A stretch of DNA of 64,000 nt from assembly GCA_964408425.1 (NCBI GenBank), contig CAYOZI010000001.1:8861-72860 (forward strand), in the 5' to 3' direction. This stretch comes from Candidatus Micrarchaeota archaeon. GTDB lineage: Archaea > Micrarchaeota > Micrarchaeia > Norongarragalinales > Norongarragalinaceae. This document shows, in pieces, positions 1-7,619 of this stretch (position 1 is its first letter; every line of letters begins with the position of its first letter). A program made the position numbers and the translations under genes. Under the pieces are notes generated by a model, which saw only the letters and a program-made list of their open reading frames with translations, did not search any database and was not told the origin of the DNA.

Positions 1-140
1 ATGACTATTTGATGAACATTCAAGTATATAAAGAATACGCATTGAAATCAGCTCTAGGAGGAATGAAGCAAAAGTGTGTTGGGTCCACAAAGTCACCTAA
101 CAGGTAAAAAGTAGGCATAATGTCCACAAGCAAGCTTGAG

Positions 141-214
141 CGGGCCTTAGGGGATTCGAACCCCTGTCTGCGGCTTCGGAAGCCACCATTCTATCCAGGC
201 TATACTAAAGGCCC
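141..214 (-). tRNA. tRNA-Arg (anticodon CCG)
   Basis: The reverse complement folds as a cloverleaf: acceptor GGGCCTT/AAGGCCC, anticodon stem GTGGC/GCCGC with loop TTCCGAA, T-arm AGGGG-TTCGAAT-CCCCT. No CCA is encoded. Confidence 0.8.
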
Positions 215-240
215 TCCAGATAGAAATGGGGCTGAAGAAG

Positions 241-250
241 AATAAAAAAG
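241..250 (-). promoter_or_regulatory. Candidate TATA box (CTTTTTTATT on the minus strand), about 27-36 nt upstream of the tRNA-Arg 5' end
   Basis: AT-rich element at the archaeal spacing for a TATA box; inference only. Confidence 0.3.
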
Positions 251-273
251 AAGGGTGTGCAAAGTTTTTGAAA

Positions 274-2172
274 TCACGTGTTAATGCAAAGCGACTTCAT
301 CACCGAATATTCATAGTTGTTGCCGGGAGTGCTGTACTGAAAACGGGTCACGCTGCAGCCGGCAAGCGTGAAACCCGAACTGCAAGAGGGCGTTTTGTCT
401 ATCCACTTTGCCACGCCGCCGCAAGCGTTGTGGCCGTTGCAGTAAGCCCAGCAGTGCGGAATTGTCCAGTCTATGTTCGGATAACCGCTAAAATCGAAAG
501 TCGGACCCCACTCCACGGCGTTGGTCCAACCAGTCACGATAGCCGCCATCGGAAGCACGTAAATCTTGTACTGCGTGTCAGGACCCCCGCCTCCGGCCGG
601 GCAGTTCGTCCCGTCTTCCAGGCAAACGTCCTTGCCGCCCACCTTAGCAGTCGTCCCCCTTACGGACAAAGAACCAACTGAAGCCGAACCGCTTGTTCCC
701 GACCCGACCGTCAAAGGACCGTTTAAAACGTTCAACCCGCTCGAACTGCCTACGCCCAAGCCGGTAGTTATATACACTGGAATATCCGCGCCGCTAGCCA
801 AATTCCTGCCCCGGATTTGAGACGAAGACAAGCCCGAGTGCAAAGTCAAACCGGCGAAAGACCCGCCGTCCGCAGGCAGCAACCCGCCTTCAACCTGAAT
901 GTATTTCGGAATGCTCCCGGCAGCTTGCGTAAGCTTCAGGAAAGGATAATTAGAATTGCCGGTCCTTCCGAGGGTAATATCCCCGCTGGAAGGCTGGACT
1001 GTCGTTGCGGTTACCGAATCTGAAATTATTCCTGAAGTGAATTCCAAAGGAATGATCACGCCGGAAGAAAGCCTCATCCCGCGGATTAAAACGGTGTTTC
1101 CAACGTAATTGCTGCCCAAAGTCAAGCCTCCAAACCCTGTGTCCGAGCCGTACAACGGCCCCCGCAATTCGGCATAACGCCTCGAGTAAAGCGAGTCTCC
1201 CGAGGGAACCAGGTTCAAAGACGGGTAAGTTGACAACGCCACTTCACCAATGCGGATGGACCCGCGGTTTTGGCTCGTGTCGGCAACGCGAACGTTCGGA
1301 GTATAAACGGTCGGAGTTTGCAAAGCGCCCTGCATCACTTCCGTTCCAGAAGGATTGTCCTTTCGCACGTAATTCCCTCCGGACGAGCCCGAACCGCAAT
1401 TCCCGTTCTTCATGCAAACTTCGTAAGTCGTAGTGCCGTTTTTAACGTACAACCTTCCCGCAGCAGCCACTTCAACAGTCACGCTGGTTCCTGCAGCTCC
1501 GGAAGCAGGCTGAATCACATTCGTTTTCACAGGACCTGGAGAAACGGTCAAAGCGCCTTGAACTGCAACGCCCGACTCGAACGTAACGGGGTCTTGAAAA
1601 GTGGCGTCAGACTGGAATATGGCGTTCGCGGAGAAATAACTCGGAACCCTGAACCAAGCCCAGGAGTACTGCGACTGCGGGTCGTTGGGAATGCCGAAAA
1701 TAGAGTTTCCCCTGAAAATCGACAAGAACGGGTAGGAACTGCCGGAATAATAATAAAATTTCAGGATACTGTCGCCGCCAAAACCGCCGACCAGCAAACG
1801 CCCGGAAGCATTTGCGTTTACAGCCTCAAAGTCGGTTGGAACGGCAACACCGCTTTGAATCTGCGTTGGGTAGAAAACCTGGCACTGGAAGTTAGTCGAG
1901 CTGAACGACAGTCTCAGCGAATAATCGGCGTTTGAAGAAAACAAACCCCCGTCGAAAGCCAGGTCGAAAACACCGTTCGAGCTTGTAGAGTCGGATTTGG
2001 TCATCAAAACGGAACCGGAACAATCGGCAGTGGAATAAACGTTTCCAACGACGTTTCCAGACTGCGGGCTTCCAGTGGCGTTAATAATCCTTCCTTGAAC
2101 GTTCAAAACCGGCAGGGCGAAAACGAAACCCATCGCGAAAAACAAGCCCAAAACGAAAAACAAGCCCTTCAT
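274..2172 (-). CDS. Large secreted surface protein (paralog 0); signal peptide MKGLFFVLGLFFAMGFVFALPVLNVQGRI; C-terminal DVCLEDGTNC region shared with the 5735..7615 protein
   Basis: 633-aa ORF. The ORF track starts at 2184 with 4 extra codons; start chosen at MKGLFF. The N-terminal 30 aa and the coding nucleotides are identical to those of the 5735..7615 gene. Confidence 0.7.
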   Translation of the reverse strand: MKGLFFVLGLFFAMGFVFALPVLNVQGRIINATGSPQSGNVVGNVYSTADCSGSVLMTKSDSTSSNGVFDLAFDGGLFSSNADYSLRLSFSSTNFQCQVFYPTQIQSGVAVPTDFEAVNANASGRLLVGGFGGDSILKFYYYSGSSYPFLSIFRGNSIFGIPNDPQSQYSWAWFRVPSYFSANAIFQSDATFQDPVTFESGVAVQGALTVSPGPVKTNVIQPASGAAGTSVTVEVAAAGRLYVKNGTTTYEVCMKNGNCGSGSSGGNYVRKDNPSGTEVMQGALQTPTVYTPNVRVADTSQNRGSIRIGEVALSTYPSLNLVPSGDSLYSRRYAELRGPLYGSDTGFGGLTLGSNYVGNTVLIRGMRLSSGVIIPLEFTSGIISDSVTATTVQPSSGDITLGRTGNSNYPFLKLTQAAGSIPKYIQVEGGLLPADGGSFAGLTLHSGLSSSQIRGRNLASGADIPVYITTGLGVGSSSGLNVLNGPLTVGSGTSGSASVGSLSVRGTTAKVGGKDVCLEDGTNCPAGGGGPDTQYKIYVLPMAAIVTGWTNAVEWGPTFDFSGYPNIDWTIPHCWAYCNGHNACGGVAKWIDKTPSCSSGFTLAGCSVTRFQYSTPGNNYEYSVMKSLCINT

Positions 2173-2178
2173 TTCAAC
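2087..2178 (-). repeat. ~92-nt exact repeat (signal-peptide coding region plus upstream), copy A; copy B at 7528..7619
   Basis: An identical nucleotide stretch encoding MKGLFFVLGLFFAMGFVFALPVLNVQGRI in two paralogous genes. Confidence 0.8.
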
Positions 2179-2201
2179 GCCCACCCCGCTTTAATGCAAA
2201 C

Positions 2202-3305
2202 TCAGCCCAAGGTTTTTTTCAATCCGAACAAAAACCCTAGCGCCAAAAGCTGAACGAAAAACCCTGCGAAACCCGCTATTACTGCCGCCATCGCTCCCGA
2301 AAACAACGCGAAGCGGTTGTACACCAACCGGAATTCGGGAATGGCGTAAAGCTGTTGTTTCAACAACCCCCCCTGGCTTCCGGCCGCGCTTATTATGGCA
2401 GTATTGACGCCTTGGGCTATCCGCCCGGAGTTTTCCTTGAAAGCGTCGTAAGTGTAATCCACGGCTTTAACGTGAAAAGCTGCGACCAACGAATCCTGCT
2501 CCGCTTGAGACAATGTAGTATAACCGGGATAGTTTTCCACGAGAAAATCCCTGGACAAATCCTGAGTCACGATGGAAGCAAAATCCTCTTTCGTGATCGA
2601 CGAGGAAATGGAATTCGAGTCTATGTTAATCCCTCCCGTCGCAGCCCTCGCCAAAAGCGAGTCCAAAAGCAAGTTCACGTGCGCATCCTTGTTTTCCGCG
2701 ACCTTGTAGAAAACCACGAAAAACGCCAACAGCGCGAAAAGCATCATTCCGGCGCTGAGAATGGCGAACGCGCGCGGCAGGGAAAAACGGGGCGATATGG
2801 AGGAGACTATCGCGCAGAATGAAATAACGGCTGCAAAAGTCAAGAACGGGGTTAAAAGCCAAGGGTAGAATGCAAAGCCCATTACCGCCGAAACCATGAA
2901 AGCCAGTATTGTCACTAGCACGCCCGACACTACGCCCAAGCCCAACGAGTAATACATTGCCAGCGCTATGCAAGCTGCAAACAACAGGACGAAAATGATG
3001 AACGAAACGCTGTACAGCTTCGTGATGGTGAACGAAGCCCTCTGGAGGTCGAACAAGTCCATCGTCTTGAAATTGCTCTTGTCGAACATTACGAGCGAGA
3101 AGGTGAAGAAGCAAAGAAGAGCTATGAGAAAAGGCAGTTTCGAGTAAAAATCCTTGCCGATTTTGATCGTGAGGGGAATGACTATCTGACGTTCGGCAGG
3201 AGGAACGTTCTGCTTTGGGCTCGGCTTGGGCTTGGAAGCCTTCAGCTCCTCGTCCGACTCCGGCATTATCAACGACAATGGGTCTTTGGAAGCTTTCACG
3301 GGCAT
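2202..3305 (-). CDS. Polytopic membrane protein (~7 TM helices plus a ~130-aa soluble insert), function unknown
   Basis: The ORF track extends to 3617 and overlaps the divergent pyrB start. Trimmed to MPVKASK (ATG at 3305), which leaves a 52-nt divergent intergenic region. Confidence 0.5.
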   Translation of the reverse strand: MPVKASKDPLSLIMPESDEELKASKPKPSPKQNVPPAERQIVIPLTIKIGKDFYSKLPFLIALLCFFTFSLVMFDKSNFKTMDLFDLQRASFTITKLYSVSFIIFVLLFAACIALAMYYSLGLGVVSGVLVTILAFMVSAVMGFAFYPWLLTPFLTFAAVISFCAIVSSISPRFSLPRAFAILSAGMMLFALLAFFVVFYKVAENKDAHVNLLLDSLLARAATGGINIDSNSISSSITKEDFASIVTQDLSRDFLVENYPGYTTLSQAEQDSLVAAFHVKAVDYTYDAFKENSGRIAQGVNTAIISAAGSQGGLLKQQLYAIPEFRLVYNRFALFSGAMAAVIAGFAGFFVQLLALGFLFGLKKTLG

Positions 3306-3357
3306 GACAATTACCAACGCAAAAGAAAATAAAAACCTAACAGGCTGAAGAATAAGG

Positions 3358-4287
3358 GTGGGAAACATGGGTTTGAAGGGAAGGGACTTCATTTCAGTAA
3401 ACGATTTCAGCAATTCGGAGATCCAAGCGGTTTTCGACACCGCTTCGGAAATGGAAAAATTCGTGAAAAAAGGAACCGACTCATGCAAGGGAAGGGTTTT
3501 AGCCACCCTCTTTTTCGAGCCTTCCACGCGCACGCAATTCTCTTTCCAAACCGCCATGCTCCGCCTGGGCGGAGGGGCTATAGGGTTTTCGGACACGAGC
3601 GGAACTTCAGTATCCAAGGGGGAAACGCTTCAAGACACGATTCGCATCATAGAAGGATACTCGGACGTAATCGCAATGCGCAGTTCCCAACCCAATTCGC
3701 TTTCTTTTGCTGCGGAATACGCGTCCATTCCGGTCATAAGCGGGGGGGAAGGGAAGGGAGAACATCCCACTCAAACGCTTCTCGATTTGTACACGATAAA
3801 AAAAGAGTTGGGAAGGCTGGACGTGAAGATAGGGTTTTACGGAGATTTGAAGTACGGAAGGACGAACCATTCCTTAATGCTCGGCGCCTCGAGATTCGGG
3901 GCTGATTTTCACTGCATTGCGCCTCAAGAACTGCAAATGCCCGAGGAATACGTGAAGAAAGCAGAGGAAAACGGGGCCAGGGTGGAGTTCGAGGATAGTA
4001 TTGAAAGCGTCCTGCCGGAACTCGACGTTCTGTACGTCTCGCGATTGCAAAAAGAACGTTTGCCTCCTGAAGCGGATTACGAAACGATGAAGAAAGCGTA
4101 TCACGTCGACAATTCCTTGATGGAAAAAATGAAGGAAAACTCGCTGTTGATGCACCCTCTGCCCAGGGTGGGGGAAATAGAAGATTCCGTTGATTCCGAC
4201 CCGAGGGCGGCGTATTTCCGCCAGGCTGCGAACGGAGTGCCGATAAGAATGGCGTTGATAGCTCTTTTGCTGGGAGCGGTGGAATAA
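3358..4287 (+). CDS. pyrB: Aspartate carbamoyltransferase catalytic subunit
   Basis: FFEPSTRT carbamoyl-phosphate motif, HPLPRVGEI motif (ATCase, not OTCase), ~309 aa. GTG at 3358 or ATG at 3367 (the latter has GGTGG 7 nt upstream). Confidence 0.85.
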   Translation: MGNMGLKGRDFISVNDFSNSEIQAVFDTASEMEKFVKKGTDSCKGRVLATLFFEPSTRTQFSFQTAMLRLGGGAIGFSDTSGTSVSKGETLQDTIRIIEGYSDVIAMRSSQPNSLSFAAEYASIPVISGGEGKGEHPTQTLLDLYTIKKELGRLDVKIGFYGDLKYGRTNHSLMLGASRFGADFHCIAPQELQMPEEYVKKAEENGARVEFEDSIESVLPELDVLYVSRLQKERLPPEADYETMKKAYHVDNSLMEKMKENSLLMHPLPRVGEIEDSVDSDPRAAYFRQAANGVPIRMALIALLLGAVE

Positions 4288-4305
4288 AATAAAAAAGAAA
4301 AAAAT

Positions 4306-5193
4306 TCAAACCAGTATTTTCACCGAATCCTTTTCCACGATCACGGTGGATTCCGCCTGCGAAACCAAGCCTTTGTCCTCGTCCAGCAAAACCGAATAAC
4401 CGTGCATTATTCCCTGCTTCTGCAAATCGCGAAGCGTGAATTCGATCATCTTCTCCTTCGCATACCACCGTTTTGCGAAAGGAAGCATCTGCCTTTCCGC
4501 AAAAACCTTTTCCAAAAACGCTCGGCTTGAAGGCATTCTCACGTTCTTAGGAAACAAAAACGAGAAAATCTCTGGCGGTTTGGGGGAATCCACGACGAAA
4601 CCCGCGCCTGTAGAGGCGAAGGGCTCTACTGCGAAAACCTCGCCTTCCTCGAAAACGTGTCCCTCCCCGCCTTTCCCGACATTAGGAACTTCTATCCCCG
4701 CGTGCAAGTCATACGGCTCGAGCAAGTGTCCGCACAGATTCTCGACGGGCTTGAATCCCTTGGAAACGATCGTTTTTTCGATCGTCTCGCCGATTTTCTT
4801 TGCTGAAACGCCGGCTTTCATCACGCTCAATGCATCTTGAAGAGCCTGTTTCGAAGCTTCGACTAGCTTTCCGTTCTCCCCGCTCAAATCAACCGTGAAA
4901 CCCGCGTCGATAATGCAACCCTCAATATGAACGCCGATATCGACTTTCACTACCTCTTTTCCGAAAACCCTTTCCTCGCCAAAGGCGGGAGTGTTGTGCG
5001 CGGCTTCGAAATCGAACGAAATGTTCACGGGAAAGGCGATTTTCCCGCCCGAATCAACGATTTCCTTTTCAATCTCCTCGGCAGCCTTCAAAACGCCTTC
5101 TCCGGTTTTCACCACGCTTGCCGCCGTTTCCTGCGCGGCAGCGTGCACCCTGGCAGCTTGCAGGTAATTCTTCGACTCCTCTTCCGAAACCAT
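4306..5193 (-). CDS. map: Methionine aminopeptidase, archaeal type 2
   Basis: 295 aa, pita-bread fold motifs (..NLCGHLLEPYDLHAG..), the length typical of archaeal MetAP. Confidence 0.8.
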   Translation of the reverse strand: MVSEEESKNYLQAARVHAAAQETAASVVKTGEGVLKAAEEIEKEIVDSGGKIAFPVNISFDFEAAHNTPAFGEERVFGKEVVKVDIGVHIEGCIIDAGFTVDLSGENGKLVEASKQALQDALSVMKAGVSAKKIGETIEKTIVSKGFKPVENLCGHLLEPYDLHAGIEVPNVGKGGEGHVFEEGEVFAVEPFASTGAGFVVDSPKPPEIFSFLFPKNVRMPSSRAFLEKVFAERQMLPFAKRWYAKEKMIEFTLRDLQKQGIMHGYSVLLDEDKGLVSQAESTVIVEKDSVKILV

Positions 5194-5271
5194 GCTTTAA
5201 GCCCACCTGAAACGAAACTAAAAAATAAACGGAAAATAATTGGGACGGGAAGGAATAAAAAACGCGGTTTT

Positions 5272-5718
5272 TCAGCCTATCGAAGAAAGGCATTGTTGCT
5301 TCAATTCTTCAGGCAGCCCGTCGCAAGGAACCGCTTCTGAGGGGGAAAAACCGTCTGAAGCCGCAGGCTGGTTTTCCATAGACTGAAGGCACGCGGTTTT
5401 CAATTCATCCGGCAAACCGTCGCAAGGCTGCGGTTCCGTGGAAGAAGCCGAAGCGGCTTCAACCGAATTCAAACACTCTTGCGTCAATTCTTCCGGCAAG
5501 CCCGAACACGGGGTTTCTTCGTCGGGGTTTAAAGAAGGCGAGGGACTCGCTCCTCCGACTACGTTCACCGCCACGACTCCCGTCGCAGGAGGCTGAGGCG
5601 CGACAGGCACGGGATTCTGGGACGGCAGCTGCAAAACCCAGGAAAAGAAAACCAGAGCCAAAGCCAAGACTCCCAACGCCACAAGCAAAACCGCGTTTTT
5701 ATCCAACTTGAAACCCAT
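5272..5718 (-). CDS. Small secreted/anchored protein with three Cys-bracketed repeats (PC[SD]GLP[ED]ELxxxCL)
   Basis: N-terminal hydrophobic anchor/signal (AVLLVALGVLALALVFFSWVLQL), a Pro-rich linker, and 3 repeats each with two Cys 11 residues apart. It is a paralog of 9088..9558. Confidence 0.65.
   Translation of the reverse strand: MGFKLDKNAVLLVALGVLALALVFFSWVLQLPSQNPVPVAPQPPATGVVAVNVVGGASPSPSLNPDEETPCSGLPEELTQECLNSVEAASASSTEPQPCDGLPDELKTACLQSMENQPAASDGFSPSEAVPCDGLPEELKQQCLSSIG
5286..5370 (-). repeat. ~85-nt identical segment shared with 9102..9187 (3' end of the Cys-repeat genes)
   Basis: Direct sequence comparison: gaaaggcattgttgcttcaattcttcaggcagcccgtcgcaaggaaccgcttctgagggggaaaaaccgtctgaagccgcaggctgg. 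Confidence 0.75.
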
Positions 5719-5734
5719 TTTTCACACCCCTAGT

Positions 5735-7615
5735 TTACACTTTCCCGCACAACGACGTTACGACCCTGCCCATAGTGTTCGGACAATTAATCAGGCCAAT
5801 CGAACCGCCGCACATTTCGTCGGTATAGCTGCATCCTTTCAACACAGGATAATCGCCAGGGCAAGCTGGGGTAACATCCACCAGAGGCCCCACTCCGATG
5901 ACAAAACCGAAGTCCGAACACGTATCGGAGCCAGAACCATCATTGCACCTCGCTATGCAAAGGGGAGGCTTGTCGTAAACATTTTGAAAGTCAAGCACGT
6001 AGAACTGGAGATCATTCCTGTCCACTCCGATGAACTCCCCAATCTGGAAATAATTGAAGGTAACAGGAGAACTGCTTCCGGACCTGGTCTCCAAGAATCT
6101 TGAAACGTACTTCACTGAATAATCCGTCTGGGCTTTGCAATTAGTCCCGTCTTCCAGGCAAACGTCCTTGCCGTTGACAGTCGCGGAAGAACTCCGTACT
6201 GCAAGAGAACCCACTGAAGCGGAACCGCCCGTTCCCGAACCCACGGTCAACGGACCGTTTAAAACGTTCAACCCGTTCGAACCGCCTACGGTCAAACGCC
6301 CGTCCACAGCAGCATCTCCGCTTACGTCCAAGCTATCATCAATATTGACTGCAGAAGCACCTTGAGCGGAAATCAAAGTGTTCAACAAGGTCAACTTCGA
6401 CGCAACGCCGGCAGCGCCGATGGTGATTTCCGGAACGTTTGTGCTAGCCTCTTGCACCTTAAACATCACGGTGGTTCCCGTTTGAACGGTGAAGGGAAGA
6501 TAGCTGTTGAGGAATACGGCCACGCCCTGCTGCCCCCACAGGCTGACGGCATTGGCTTTAGGAAAAGAAGAACCAGGAACGGCCACGTTCGGGTATTTGA
6601 TAGCGTTTGCAACCAATTCCGAACCGGTTCCGCTCAAAACCACGTCCCCGTTGAAAGTGGAAGTTCTCGGCGTTGAAGAAGAGCCGACAGCGAAATTGTT
6701 CAAAACCGCAACTGGATTGTTGACCGTCTGGGTCCCGTAACCGGAAGGCTTGACGACGTAATTCACGTTGTCAACACCCCCTCCGCTTGGACAGCCGGTC
6801 CCGTCTTTCAAGCAAACTTCCTGCGCAACGCCACTGCCTTTCTTCACCACCGCCTTTCCCGATTGCCCCACTTGCAAGGTCAAGTCGTTCGCTCCCGTAG
6901 TGGCCGTAGTGCTTACAGAATTGGTTTTAACGCCGCCGGCGCCCGAAACCGTAAGCCCGCCGCTTCCCGAAACGCTCAAATCATCCCCAATCCTCACAGG
7001 ATTCGCACCCGGACTGTAAATCGACCCGTAAACATTGAGCGCCCCGTAAGCGTTCAAACTAGGCTGGTTTGAATCACCCACAGGCAAATTCAAGTCCCAA
7101 ACGAAAACGTTGTTCCTAAACCAAGAGAACGTGCCATTATTGTAAGGATAGCCGAAAATCGAGTGTCCGTTCAAAACCGAAATCGGCGAGTACTGATTGT
7201 AATAATAATTCGCCCAGAAATCGCCCTTGAAATCGCCAACCACGAGTTTTGACGTGGCATTCGCATTAAGCGGAACCACCGTTCCACCCTGCACTTGAGT
7301 CGGGTAAAACGCCTGGCATGAAACCAGCGTTACGCTGCCGTAAACCAAGCGCAAGTAGTAAGGAGTGTTGGAAGCAAGCAATCCGGACGGGTAATTCAAA
7401 GTAACGTCGAAAATGCCGTTAGTCAGAGAAGTGTCCTGCCCGCTGAACAAAGCTGTTCCAGAACAAGTTGAAGACGCGAAAACCGACGCGGTGACGCTCC
7501 CGGAAGAAACCGGATTCCCCCCGTTCAAAATCCTTCCTTGAACGTTCAAAACCGGCAGGGCGAAAACGAAACCCATCGCGAAAAACAAGCCCAAAACGAA
7601 AAACAAGCCCTTCAT
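5735..7615 (-). CDS. Large secreted surface protein (paralog 1), same signal peptide as 274..2172
   Basis: 626 aa. The MKGLFFVLGLFFAMGFVFALPVLNVQGRI start is identical, the YYLRLVY motif and the C-terminal DVCLEDGTNC block are shared, and the middle is rich in G/S/T/N/V. Confidence 0.75.
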   Translation of the reverse strand: MKGLFFVLGLFFAMGFVFALPVLNVQGRILNGGNPVSSGSVTASVFASSTCSGTALFSGQDTSLTNGIFDVTLNYPSGLLASNTPYYLRLVYGSVTLVSCQAFYPTQVQGGTVVPLNANATSKLVVGDFKGDFWANYYYNQYSPISVLNGHSIFGYPYNNGTFSWFRNNVFVWDLNLPVGDSNQPSLNAYGALNVYGSIYSPGANPVRIGDDLSVSGSGGLTVSGAGGVKTNSVSTTATTGANDLTLQVGQSGKAVVKKGSGVAQEVCLKDGTGCPSGGGVDNVNYVVKPSGYGTQTVNNPVAVLNNFAVGSSSTPRTSTFNGDVVLSGTGSELVANAIKYPNVAVPGSSFPKANAVSLWGQQGVAVFLNSYLPFTVQTGTTVMFKVQEASTNVPEITIGAAGVASKLTLLNTLISAQGASAVNIDDSLDVSGDAAVDGRLTVGGSNGLNVLNGPLTVGSGTGGSASVGSLAVRSSSATVNGKDVCLEDGTNCKAQTDYSVKYVSRFLETRSGSSSPVTFNYFQIGEFIGVDRNDLQFYVLDFQNVYDKPPLCIARCNDGSGSDTCSDFGFVIGVGPLVDVTPACPGDYPVLKGCSYTDEMCGGSIGLINCPNTMGRVVTSLCGKV

Positions 7616-7619
7616 TTCA
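7528..7619 (-). repeat. ~92-nt exact repeat, copy B (see 2087..2178)
   Basis: Identical to copy A by direct comparison of the two stretches. Confidence 0.8.

Noticed and set aside
226-681. 151-aa + strand ORF (and 566..820, 817..1023, 1270..1935) antisense to the large surface-protein gene
   Set aside because: They overlap a much longer, paralog-supported minus-strand gene. Their composition is Arg/Pro/Gly-rich, typical of antisense frames in GC-rich repeat-coding DNA.
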